From Acidilobaceae archaeon (GTDB taxonomy: Archaea; Thermoproteota; Thermoprotei_A; Sulfolobales; Acidilobaceae), in contig JAWBBK010000002.1 in assembly GCA_038824665.1 (NCBI GenBank), positions 69,483 through 133,482 of the forward strand: a stretch of 64,000 nucleotides of DNA. The letters are read 5' to 3'. Under the pieces are notes generated by a model. That model was not told the origin of the DNA. It ran no database searches and was given only the letters and a program-made list of their open reading frames with translations. Both the position numbers and the translations under genes were made by a program. Shown in pieces: positions 40,213 to 49,206 of this stretch; position 1 is the stretch's first letter; every line of letters begins with the position of its first letter.

Positions 40213-42381
40213 ATGCAGTTGTCTGAAAAAAATTCTAAGACAGCTCAGATCTCGCAAGGAGGATCTTCAGCAACTAACAGAGCCTCAACAAGGTCTAGGT
40301 CGGAAACGAGCATCTCCCAAGTCCTATCGGTTAGCACTGTCTCTTGGGTTGGAGCTCTCACGGAATGGTTGGACTTTTACGCCTATGCAGTACTAGCGGG
40401 ACCTATCATAGGACCTAAGTTCTTCCCTAAGGTAGACCCTATAGCTCAGTTGCTAGGAGCCTATGGAGCTCTTGCGATCGGGTTTCTCAGCAGACCTCTT
40501 GGAGCTCTCCTCTTCGGAAAGATAGGAGACCAATACGGAAGGAGAGCGGCTTTCGTCTTAGCTCTCATGACTTTGTTCTTATCAACAGTAGCTATGGGGC
40601 TATTACCTACATATGAAACTATAGGAGTTTTAGCGCCTATTCTCTTAATCGCTCTCAGATTCTTACAAGGACTCGGACTCGGCGGTGGCTTCGGGTCAGC
40701 TCTTGTATATTTAGGCGAATTCGTGCCTGAACACAGGAGAGGCTTCTTTACAGGCTTTCTCTTTACGACAGCTCCTGCAGGCATGGGTTTAGCGATGGGC
40801 TTATACACCTTTGCTAAGTGGCTAGCTGGAGATGCTTTTGCGGAGTGGGGTTGGAGACTGGTCTTCTTCTTAGCTGCTTTCACAGACGTCATAATAGCTG
40901 CGATAGTACTTACAGTCTATAAAGAGACTCCTATCTTTGCAGCTCTAAAAGCAGTCAGAAGAGTGACATCTGCTCCTATAAGAGAGGTATTCTCACGACA
41001 ATACTTACCTTTAATAGTGCTAGCGTGGATTGGCGTTGTGGGAGCTCATGGTCCTATCTGGTACACCAACATGCTATTCGCTAGAGACTATGTACTCATA
41101 TTGTCTAGAGAGCTAGAAGTTAAGCTTGCGTTCGATGTATCTCTATATCTGATGGTAGCTACAATTCTGTGTCTCTGGATGTATCCACTCTTCGGGTATA
41201 TATCGGACAAGGTCGGGAGAAAGCCGATTTTGCTTCTCGGAATATACGTTAATGCTCTCTGGTTCATTATCGCTCTCAAGCTTCTTGAGAGAAGCGTTAT
41301 TGAAAGCAACTCCACTCTAGCGTTTTTGACTATGTACTCTTTAGCGCTGATGAACGGTATAGGCTATAGCGGGGCTATGTCTGCTTGGCTTTTAGAGATA
41401 TTTCCGGCTAGAATTAGGATAAGCAGTGTTGCACTGTCTTACAATCTAGGCTATGGGGTAACTGGAGGACTCACTCCTCTCATCATAACTTCAATTTACC
41501 GTTACATCGGCGACCTTTATATCGCAACTCTGATATACGCTAGCTTGGTTCCATCTCTTATGGCTCTGCTGTTCCTCTTCAAAGGTCCAGAGACCCTAGG
41601 AGTTAGGATCTGGGCTGAACTTTCCAGCGAGAAGTTCGCTAAGAAGCCTCTCATAGTACCTTCCGATATGCCGATAAGAGCTGTCGCTAAGCTCATGGCT
41701 GACAGCAAGAGCAGAGTGGCAGTACTGGTCTCTAGCAAGATGGCAGGAATAGTTTATACAAGGTCTATAGTTAGAGCGTTAGCGAAAGGAGTAAAGCCTG
41801 AAGAGCCTATTTTGAACGCATCTACCAGAGTCGAATGTCTTGACAGAGACGCCAGAGTCGTCGATGCGTTTGTGATCATGCAAGATTACGGAGTCCCAGC
41901 GGTTCCGGTTTGTGATAAGGATGGAAGCGTTGTAGGCGTTATTGAAGAAAGGGAGTTGTTAAACGAAGCTCTGATGCTAAAAAGCGCGTTGAACAAGAAG
42001 ATATCGCTCAATATTAAGGCTATAGATGCAGCTCCTAGAGAACCGATATATCTGAATTCAGGTGCAAAGCTGAAAGACTTGGTCAACATCATAGCTAGAG
42101 AGAACGTAGGTTTAGTGCCTATAGTAGACGAGGAGAAGAGAGTACTCGGTGTTATTTCTGAAAGCGACGTAGTTAGACTCCTCGCTACTAATTTGGACCT
42201 CGAGACTCCTGTCGATTCCGTAATGAGGAGAGATGTGATAGGGGTCTCAAGAACAGCGACTGTAAGAGACGCAGCAGAGCAGATGCTTAAACACAATATA
42301 AGACATGTAGTAATACTAGGAGAAGACAAGAAGCTACTTGGCGTGCTTTCTGTCAAAGACGTTCTGAGAGCGGTAGCTTAA
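40213..42381 (+). CDS. MFS transporter (metabolite:H+ symporter type) fused to C-terminal CBS domains
   Basis: EWLDFYAY, RPLGALLFGKIGDQYGRR, LRFLQG, ETP, SDKVGRK, EIFP; then about 250 aa with four CBS-like repeats (VPVCD..GVIEERE, VPIVD..GVISESD, GVLSVKD). Confidence 0.9.
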   Translation: MQLSEKNSKTAQISQGGSSATNRASTRSRSETSISQVLSVSTVSWVGALTEWLDFYAYAVLAGPIIGPKFFPKVDPIAQLLGAYGALAIGFLSRPLGALLFGKIGDQYGRRAAFVLALMTLFLSTVAMGLLPTYETIGVLAPILLIALRFLQGLGLGGGFGSALVYLGEFVPEHRRGFFTGFLFTTAPAGMGLAMGLYTFAKWLAGDAFAEWGWRLVFFLAAFTDVIIAAIVLTVYKETPIFAALKAVRRVTSAPIREVFSRQYLPLIVLAWIGVVGAHGPIWYTNMLFARDYVLILSRELEVKLAFDVSLYLMVATILCLWMYPLFGYISDKVGRKPILLLGIYVNALWFIIALKLLERSVIESNSTLAFLTMYSLALMNGIGYSGAMSAWLLEIFPARIRISSVALSYNLGYGVTGGLTPLIITSIYRYIGDLYIATLIYASLVPSLMALLFLFKGPETLGVRIWAELSSEKFAKKPLIVPSDMPIRAVAKLMADSKSRVAVLVSSKMAGIVYTRSIVRALAKGVKPEEPILNASTRVECLDRDARVVDAFVIMQDYGVPAVPVCDKDGSVVGVIEERELLNEALMLKSALNKKISLNIKAIDAAPREPIYLNSGAKLKDLVNIIARENVGLVPIVDEEKRVLGVISESDVVRLLATNLDLETPVDSVMRRDVIGVSRTATVRDAAEQMLKHNIRHVVILGEDKKLLGVLSVKDVLRAVA

Positions 42382-42429
42382 GATATCACTTATCTGAATC
42401 TTTATTGCATAGCTATTTTTATGCTCAGT

Positions 42430-43332
42430 CTATGTTTTATGAGCTGCTCCTACGAGGTCCTCTATTCTTTTAAATCCTAGTTCTGACGTCCATTTCCTTA
42501 ACCCTTCTAAGATCTCGAAAACCGTTGTAGGCCTCAAGACTAGAGCTGTTCCTACTTGAACGGCTCGAGCTCCGACAATTATGAACTCTGCTGCATCGAT
42601 CCAGTTCGAGACTCCTCCTGAGCCTATTATGTCAACTCCGTACTCTTTATAGACGTCGTAGACCACTCTTACAGCTATAGGGTGAATAGGAGGACCTGAG
42701 AGCCCCCCATAAATGTTAGATAAGACAGGTTTGAGCGCGTAGACGTCTACGACCATAGCTTTTATAGTGTTGATCAAGACTAGACCGCGAGCTCCAGCGT
42801 CAATGGCTTTACCTGCAGCTTCAACTACTCTATCGGTGAGTCCGAGTTTAGCCAAGACAGGGATCTTCAGCGTCGATACCACGTCTTTTACAACCTCGTA
42901 TACGGTGTTGGGATCCGCTCCGATCTCTATACCGTAACCTTTAGTGTGAGGACAGCTAAGGTTGAGTTCTACGGCAGCAGCTCCCCGTTTCTCAGCTTCC
43001 TCGGCTACTGTCACGAAGTCCTCTATCTTCTTTCCTCCTGCGCTTACAATTAAAGGGACCTCTAGACTTCTGGCTTTCTCTGCTAGACTTCTCAAAGCCT
43101 GTGTTCCAGGATTAGCTAAGCCGATAGCGTTAAGCAGACCCCCGTTTCTGAGTTCTACGACTATTGGAGGAGGGTTTCCTTCTCGAGGCTCAGGAGTTAT
43201 GGTTTTAGTGACTACAGCAGATACTCCGTAGCTAACTAAGAGTTCTATATGCTCTGGCTCTGAGCCTAAGATGCCGCTAGCGTTCATCACAGGATGTTTA
43301 AGAGCGAGTCCAGCTACTTTGACTTCAAGCAT
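42430..43332 (-). CDS. pyrD: Dihydroorotate dehydrogenase 1B catalytic subunit
   Basis: NASG, KT, NAIGLAN, ELNLSCPH, INT, GGLSG, SGG, QVGT. Confidence 0.95.
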   Translation of the reverse strand: MLEVKVAGLALKHPVMNASGILGSEPEHIELLVSYGVSAVVTKTITPEPREGNPPPIVVELRNGGLLNAIGLANPGTQALRSLAEKARSLEVPLIVSAGGKKIEDFVTVAEEAEKRGAAAVELNLSCPHTKGYGIEIGADPNTVYEVVKDVVSTLKIPVLAKLGLTDRVVEAAGKAIDAGARGLVLINTIKAMVVDVYALKPVLSNIYGGLSGPPIHPIAVRVVYDVYKEYGVDIIGSGGVSNWIDAAEFIIVGARAVQVGTALVLRPTTVFEILEGLRKWTSELGFKRIEDLVGAAHKT

Positions 43333-44080
43333 GAGCTCTCACCAAGAAATCTCTGACCTCACTACAAGGAGCTATGGCTCCATGAACGCAAAGCAAAAGA
43401 GGACGTGGTCTTAGAGTACACGATCCACAGACCCCTATACCGCATTTAGTCATTGCCTCAAGAGATACTAAGACGTTAGGACTTAAAGTTTCACAGACCT
43501 TGGCTAGCATAGAGTTCGGACCTACAGCTATCACTTTCTCCCAGCTTCTTTCTTTGTATAACTTTATGGCTAGGTCTACAGCAGTACCACAAAAGCCTTC
43601 GCTACAGTCTTCAGTAGCTATTTTGACATCTTTTACTGAAGAAAAGGGTGCAAGACTTGAAATATCGAAAAGCTCAGAACCCTTTCTAACTCCCCAAACC
43701 AGGCTTACGCTTGCTCCCACTTTCTCAGCAACTCTAGCTAGATATGGGAAAGGCGCTATGCCTATGCCTCCAGCTATGAAGAGAACTCTTTCACCTGGTT
43801 TCAGAGAAAGCCCTTTTCCATAAAATCCTCTTACTCCAATAAACTTAGGGCCTTTACTCAAAGCCTTAGTTCCTTCTCCTCTTACTCTGAAGATTATAGA
43901 CAACCTCTTTAATTCGTAGTCCGCTACAGACATAGGCATCTCATCAGTTTGTGGGACCCACAACATGATGAACTGCATAGGCTCTGGCTCGCGCTCTACG
44001 TCTCCTAAAAGCTCAGCTTTAAGCATATAGTAGCCTGACGAGAGCTCTCTCAGCTCAATCACTTTAGCGCTCCAGTACAC
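43325..44080 (-). CDS. pyrK: Dihydroorotate dehydrogenase electron transfer subunit
   Basis: QFIMLW, PMS, GEGT, AGGIGIAP, GP, MTKCGIGVCGSC [2Fe-2S]; overlaps pyrD. Confidence 0.93.
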   Translation of the reverse strand: MYWSAKVIELRELSSGYYMLKAELLGDVEREPEPMQFIMLWVPQTDEMPMSVADYELKRLSIIFRVRGEGTKALSKGPKFIGVRGFYGKGLSLKPGERVLFIAGGIGIAPFPYLARVAEKVGASVSLVWGVRKGSELFDISSLAPFSSVKDVKIATEDCSEGFCGTAVDLAIKLYKERSWEKVIAVGPNSMLAKVCETLSPNVLVSLEAMTKCGIGVCGSCTLRPRPLLLCVHGAIAPCSEVRDFLVRAHA

Positions 44081-44168
44081 TGACCGTCCCCGCTTAGTCT
44101 CTTGTTGTAAGACTTCCAGTATAAGAATCTCTAAGCTTAATCGGTGAAGTATTCTAGGCTTCGTTTTT

Positions 44169-44702
44169 TTGTTGTCTTATCTGGGAGTCAAGATGGTTTC
44201 TCAAGAAGAAGTCTTGAAATGGCTAGCTTCTGACGGCTTTTCGGTGAGAATCGAGAACGTTCCCTCGCTTGCGCTAGTAGACTGGGTGCTCTTAGTAGAG
44301 GTGCCTAGCGTACCGAGAATCAATGTAGCTGTTCAGAAGCCTAAGACAAGAGATGACATGATGGTTGTTGGGATCGGAGTTGCCTTAGGACCTGACCATA
44401 AAGAGGCGTTCGATAAACTCCCTAGAACTGAAAGAGTGGCCATAGCGTCTCAAATTTTACATGATTTGCTCATGTTCTGTAGAGACTGTAGCGTGATTTT
44501 GCAACCTTCGTTAGACGAACTACAGTTCATAAACGTATCTAAAATTCTTTATACAAAAAACGTTTCGAGAGAACTCGTCTCAACAGCTGTAAGAGAGATG
44601 GCAAACGCCTTTGCTCTCATAGTCTCTATCCTCAACAGAGAACTCTCAGTTAGAGGGATAGAGTTGAAATCAAAGAAGAGAGAAGATACCATGGTGATGT
44701 AA
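44169..44702 (+). CDS. Conserved archaeal hypothetical protein (DUF2299-like)
   Basis: V.kWLa.dGf.V N-terminus and size match this family from memory; start probably ATG 44192. Confidence 0.55.
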   Translation: MLSYLGVKMVSQEEVLKWLASDGFSVRIENVPSLALVDWVLLVEVPSVPRINVAVQKPKTRDDMMVVGIGVALGPDHKEAFDKLPRTERVAIASQILHDLLMFCRDCSVILQPSLDELQFINVSKILYTKNVSRELVSTAVREMANAFALIVSILNRELSVRGIELKSKKREDTMVM

Positions 44703-44703
44703 C

Positions 44704-45249
44704 TTGGAACTCAAGGTGAAAACTCCTCTAGTGCTAGCTGAGGGAACATGTTTTATCGTCTCTGCGTATCTTGATGTAGAGAGGATCTTTCCTATACCTT
44801 CTCAAGCCCTGAAGGCAGCTATACTTGCTTTTGCATTAGGAGACTTCAGTCACATAAAGAGTTTATCTCGGCTAGACGTCGCTCTAACTTACGCTATGGT
44901 CTACGGCGGTCTAGTCCTCTCTTACGTCTGTGAACCTATTGCACCGATATCTAGACTTTACGTAGACTCGGCTATAAGACTTGAAGAGTTCAGAGAATCT
45001 TCGTATGCCAAGAGGACAAGCGATAATGTGATCTTGAAAGCTTGGGCTCATTTAGTTGGAGGAGAGGAAGCGGTGGGATTGAAAATGCTCGAAGGGCTCA
45101 GCGTCTATCCTAAACGCCTAGCTTGGAGATATCCTGGTTCCGTGAGGTTCTCTCCTTCCCCTATCAATATCACTGCTACGAGCAAAGACCTCGAGCTCTT
45201 GAGGCTTGACCCTAGCTATCTCGATGAGATTGTTAGGCCATGGAGCTAG
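44704..45249 (+). CDS. Hypothetical protein with weak GHMP-kinase-like features
   Basis: KVKTPLVLA N-terminus and SRLDVALTYAMVYGGLV segment; coupled to the upstream gene. Confidence 0.5.
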   Translation: MELKVKTPLVLAEGTCFIVSAYLDVERIFPIPSQALKAAILAFALGDFSHIKSLSRLDVALTYAMVYGGLVLSYVCEPIAPISRLYVDSAIRLEEFRESSYAKRTSDNVILKAWAHLVGGEEAVGLKMLEGLSVYPKRLAWRYPGSVRFSPSPINITATSKDLELLRLDPSYLDEIVRPWS

Positions 45250-45687
45250 AGTGTACTTTTTTAACCACTCATCATCTAAAGGTGTGTTCTTCAAGACCTC
45301 CACTATTTTGTTGATCAGAGACACAGGAACCCTGTTTTCTCTTACGGCTTCACAATCTAGATCAAGATAGATGACTCTCTCATTTGTCTTAAAATCATAA
45401 TACATAATCACAGGCCACACTCTACAATCCATAGGTCTATCCTTATAGATTCTACAAAAACCGTTCTTGTCTAAGAACGGACAGGTTCCACTTGGGCTAC
45501 CTAGAGTCTTCACAATGCCTAAGGGGGTTTGAACTTCATCAGAAAAGCTTTCAAAGAGCTCCTCTTCTTCTGGAAGCAGGACAGAGTAAAACCTTCGACA
45601 GCAGTTGTTATTACAATTTCTACAAACTTCTGAGAAGTTCACGAAATCGAAACGGTCTGCGAGTCTTCTAGATTTCACTTTCTTCAC
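45118..45687 (-). CDS. YkgJ / CxxCxxCC Fe-S cluster family protein
   Basis: CRNCNNNCC...CPFL...CRIYxxRPxxCRxWP. Confidence 0.88.
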   Translation of the reverse strand: MKKVKSRRLADRFDFVNFSEVCRNCNNNCCRRFYSVLLPEEEELFESFSDEVQTPLGIVKTLGSPSGTCPFLDKNGFCRIYKDRPMDCRVWPVIMYYDFKTNERVIYLDLDCEAVRENRVPVSLINKIVEVLKNTPLDDEWLKKYTLAPWPNNLIEIARVKPQELEVFARSSDIDRGRREPHGTRISPS

Positions 45688-45921
45688 GCTCTCTAACGAG
45701 TTACTAAGCCGACTGAGCTATTGGAATAAAGTATACGCCACAGAGTTTACGTTATTGAAGAACCGATATGATTTCGTAATCGCTCAATGACTTACTTTCT
45801 TGGATGGTTTCAGAGGTTCTCGCTAACAGGGGCTAGAGTATTAAGTTTCGGAGAGAGAAGGAAAGCCGAAGAGACAGAAAGAGAGTCAGTCTTTTTTAAA
45901 GGCTCATAGAGGCCGATAGGA

Positions 45922-47094
45922 TTGGTTGAGACCAAAGAGCTAATAGTGATAACCCATGAGGACTTCGAACTCCATATGCCTCCAGACCAGAACCCCGAGC
46001 GTCCAGAAAGAATTCGTAGAGCTTTAGAAGCAGTCAGAGAGCTTTCAAACTTCTTGCCTAGAGGTAGGAAAATAAAGTTCGTGAGGAGCCCAAAGTCTTC
46101 GATCTCTTTTTTCAGTGTGGTTCACTCGAAGAGATATCTGAAAGATCTCGATCGCGTATTGAGTTCGAAGGAGACGATTTACATAGACCCCGACACCTAT
46201 GTCTCTCCCAATACCAAAACGGCTCTCGAGAGGCTCGCAGGAGCATCAAATAAAGCAATAGTCTATGCGCTTTCCGGTAGAAACTCTTTAATAATCGCTA
46301 GACCTCCTAGTCACCATGCTGGAATTGATGGAAAAGCTAAAGGTGCTTTTTCTCAAGGCTTTTGCTTAGTGAACGCCACTGCAGCTATAGCTAACGTATT
46401 AGCTAGTCATGGGAGAGTCGTGGTGCTAGATTTTGATGCACATCACGGTAATGGGACTGCTGAAATATTTTATGAGAGAGGAGACGTGCTCCATATAGAC
46501 CTACATCTCGATCCTCGGACAACCTTTCCATATTCCGGCTTTCCGAACGAGATAGGGATAGGAGAAGGAGAGGGCACGAAGATAAACATAGTGCTTCCTA
46601 CACTCGTTGGAGACGACGTGGCTCTCGATTCGCTTAAGCTCGTAGAGCTGGGCTTAAAATCTTGGGTTCCAGACTATACAGTGATCTCTGCTGGATTTGA
46701 CTGTTATAGAGGAGACTATGAAGAAGTACTCTCAAACGTTGGGACTAGGTTCTTTTATCTGCTCGGTAGGCTGGTAGCTAAACATACAAACAAAGCTACA
46801 GTAGCGGTGCTCGAAGGAGGCTATGGAGTGGGACTAGAGAGAGGACTACAGGCATTTATAGCTGGGTTGTTGAGTTCAAAAGAATACCCTTGGGACCCTC
46901 TTGTAAGAAGCTCGAGAAGAGCCATACGCGAATACCTTTTGTCGAAGCTAGAACTCTTACTTAACATATATGACAAAGGAAAGCTTGACATCTCTTATAG
47001 AGATAAAAGAGTCTTGACAGCTATAAGAAAGGCTATCTTAGAAGGAGCGGATAAGACTCGAGTCTTGAAGTTAGCCAAGAAGCTCACTTTATAA
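45922..47094 (+). CDS. Histone deacetylase family protein (class II/AcuC-like)
   Basis: PERPER, RPPSHHA, GFC, DFDAHHGNGT, SAGFD, LEGGY. Confidence 0.93.
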   Translation: MVETKELIVITHEDFELHMPPDQNPERPERIRRALEAVRELSNFLPRGRKIKFVRSPKSSISFFSVVHSKRYLKDLDRVLSSKETIYIDPDTYVSPNTKTALERLAGASNKAIVYALSGRNSLIIARPPSHHAGIDGKAKGAFSQGFCLVNATAAIANVLASHGRVVVLDFDAHHGNGTAEIFYERGDVLHIDLHLDPRTTFPYSGFPNEIGIGEGEGTKINIVLPTLVGDDVALDSLKLVELGLKSWVPDYTVISAGFDCYRGDYEEVLSNVGTRFFYLLGRLVAKHTNKATVAVLEGGYGVGLERGLQAFIAGLLSSKEYPWDPLVRSSRRAIREYLLSKLELLLNIYDKGKLDISYRDKRVLTAIRKAILEGADKTRVLKLAKKLTL

Positions 47095-47118
47095 AATCGT
47101 TCATCTATAACAGATGAT

Positions 47119-47173
47119 GGGATGACCGAACGACGGTCGACCGATACGTGAGGAGCGTTCACCTAAGGGACCC
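47119..47173 (+). ncRNA. Box C/D methylation guide sRNA
   Basis: GGG-C ATGACCG-12nt-D' CCGA-TAC-C' GTGAGGA-12nt-D GGGA-CCC; TATA TTTATAAA at 47088-47095. Confidence 0.85.
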
Positions 47174-47245
47174 TCTTAAATTATAGTCTTCTGTCGATAG
47201 CTATCTAGGACACCCATTAATAGGGGTTCGCTTATAGCTTAGAAG

Positions 47246-47380
47246 ATGGTGGAAGAGATGAGCTTAGTTTGGCTAACTTACGCTACAATAGAGAAGCTAG
47301 AGGAGAGAAAGGAGGAAGACTTCGAAGACGAAGGACAGTTAGAGTTTTACCTGACTTCTCACTACGCTTTAGGTTGCTGA
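47246..47380 (+). CDS. Small acidic ORF, 44 aa (40 aa from ATG 47258)
   Basis: MVEEMSLVWLTYATIEKLEERKEEDFEDEGQLEFYLTSHYALGC; GGTGGA SD before the second ATG; TATA-like ATTAATA ~47216. Confidence 0.45.
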   Translation: MVEEMSLVWLTYATIEKLEERKEEDFEDEGQLEFYLTSHYALGC

Positions 47381-47470
47381 CACCTGTCTGTTTGTCAGTT
47401 ACACAAAAGCTTCAGGTCTTCTAAAACGATGTAGTGACGTTTGAGTCTAAGTCTAAGTAGAGGATTTCCC

Positions 47471-49180
47471 TTATTTATGAGTCAAGATAGCTACGTAGTT
47501 GTTCTCGTTTATTGAGTCTATGATAACGAACGCAAACCTCACGAGTTGTAGTCTATCTCCTACTTTATACTCTCTAAGAGCTGGCTCTGCATAGCCTCTA
47601 TGGGCTATGAGGTCTAGCTCAGATGGTTCTAGAACCGTTAGATTGACTTTATCTTTATACGGTACCCACTGAATTATTTGAAGTTTTCTAGACTTTGCAT
47701 AGCTTAGGTCTTTAGAGATGTAGACAGCTCTCTCCCCTTCTACTTTTATGTTAACTCCTCCCATCAATCTGAACTCTTGAAGGTCCTTATCTTTTCCATC
47801 TATTAATATCTTTTCGCCATTGCATATACTCAAAGTTTTCTTTCGAGTAGCGTCTTCAGGATGATAGGGGATCTCTGCAGTGAAACAAGGACCTTCGTAA
47901 ACCAGTTCGTATGGATCGCTTACAAACATTATTCTATCGACTTTTTTATCTACAAGCTTTCTGTTTATAGCGGCCAAGTTGTCCCAGCTTATCTTAGCAT
48001 CTACTTCTCTTACTCCAACGGTTAGGATTAACTCTCTTATAGCCTCAGGGGTTATCCCACGTCTTCTAAGAGAGGCTATAGTGCCGAACCTCGGGTCGTC
48101 ATAGCCTAGGAACTTGTTTTTCTCTTTGAGCAGTAACTCCCTTATCTTGCTCTTACTTAATATGAAGCCCTCTAGCTTAAGCCTTCCTACATGAATAAAG
48201 TAAGGAGGGTTCCAATTCATAGCGTTGTAAACGAAGAGTTGTTTCTCTGTGTTTACTTCATGCTCTTTACCTCTTATCACATGAGTTATTCCCATTAAGC
48301 TATCGTCTACAGCTACAGCGAAGTTGTAAGTAGGCCATACTCTAAACTTTGCACCGGTAAGAGGGTGAGGATATTTCTCTGTGTCTATAATCCTCAACGC
48401 GATCCAATCTTTGACGCTCGGATTAGGATGAAGGGGGTCGGTTTTGATTCTAACTACAGCCTCTCCCTCATCATACGCTCCTTCGAGCATTTTGTCGAAC
48501 TGTTCTAGCTGCCACTCGACCTCTCTATCTCTATCGAGACAGTAGAGTCCAACTTTCAGTAGCTCTTTGCTTTTCTCTTTACAAGTGTCTACGTAAGCAT
48601 GACCTCTTCTCAACAACTCTTTAGCTACTTCATAATATACGGTCAACCTGAGGCTTTGAACGTACTCTTCATGCCATACAACTCCAAGCCATTTGAGGTC
48701 TTCTTTTATAGTGTCATACGCTTCTTTCATAGGAGTCTTAGTTCTGGGATCTGTATCCTCAAATCTGAGGATCAGCTTGCCTTTATACATCTTGGCATAT
48801 TCATCGCTTAATATAGCGGGTCTAGCGTTTCCCAAGTGTATGTGGAAGTCGGGATTTGGAGCAAATCTGAGCCTCACTTTGGATTCTACAGCACCTGGCA
48901 GAGGGGGGAGATGCTTCTTTTCTTGAGCTTTCTCCTTCGCTTCTAGAAGCTCTGGATACTCTTCTTTAAGGATTCGCTCTATTTCAGAAACGCTAAGACT
49001 TGAGACCTCTTTCATAACGTTTTTAGCTAGCTCTATCAAGACTTTCGCTTGTGGCTTCAGATGTGGGTGGTCTGAGAAGATCATCGACATAACGCTTTCA
49101 ATTCTTGCTTTGCCTTCGTGTTTGTACATATCTTTAAGTACATATCCTTTAACGAGCTTCTCTAAAGACATGAACTCCAC
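47471..49180 (-). CDS. gltX: Glutamyl-tRNA synthetase
   Basis: RFAPNPD..HLGNAR, RFEDTDP, WPTYNF, THVIRGKEH, LSKS. Confidence 0.97.
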   Translation of the reverse strand: MEFMSLEKLVKGYVLKDMYKHEGKARIESVMSMIFSDHPHLKPQAKVLIELAKNVMKEVSSLSVSEIERILKEEYPELLEAKEKAQEKKHLPPLPGAVESKVRLRFAPNPDFHIHLGNARPAILSDEYAKMYKGKLILRFEDTDPRTKTPMKEAYDTIKEDLKWLGVVWHEEYVQSLRLTVYYEVAKELLRRGHAYVDTCKEKSKELLKVGLYCLDRDREVEWQLEQFDKMLEGAYDEGEAVVRIKTDPLHPNPSVKDWIALRIIDTEKYPHPLTGAKFRVWPTYNFAVAVDDSLMGITHVIRGKEHEVNTEKQLFVYNAMNWNPPYFIHVGRLKLEGFILSKSKIRELLLKEKNKFLGYDDPRFGTIASLRRRGITPEAIRELILTVGVREVDAKISWDNLAAINRKLVDKKVDRIMFVSDPYELVYEGPCFTAEIPYHPEDATRKKTLSICNGEKILIDGKDKDLQEFRLMGGVNIKVEGERAVYISKDLSYAKSRKLQIIQWVPYKDKVNLTVLEPSELDLIAHRGYAEPALREYKVGDRLQLVRFAFVIIDSINENNYVAILTHK

Positions 49181-49206
49181 AAGGTTGCACCCATTTCGGT
49201 TTTTGA

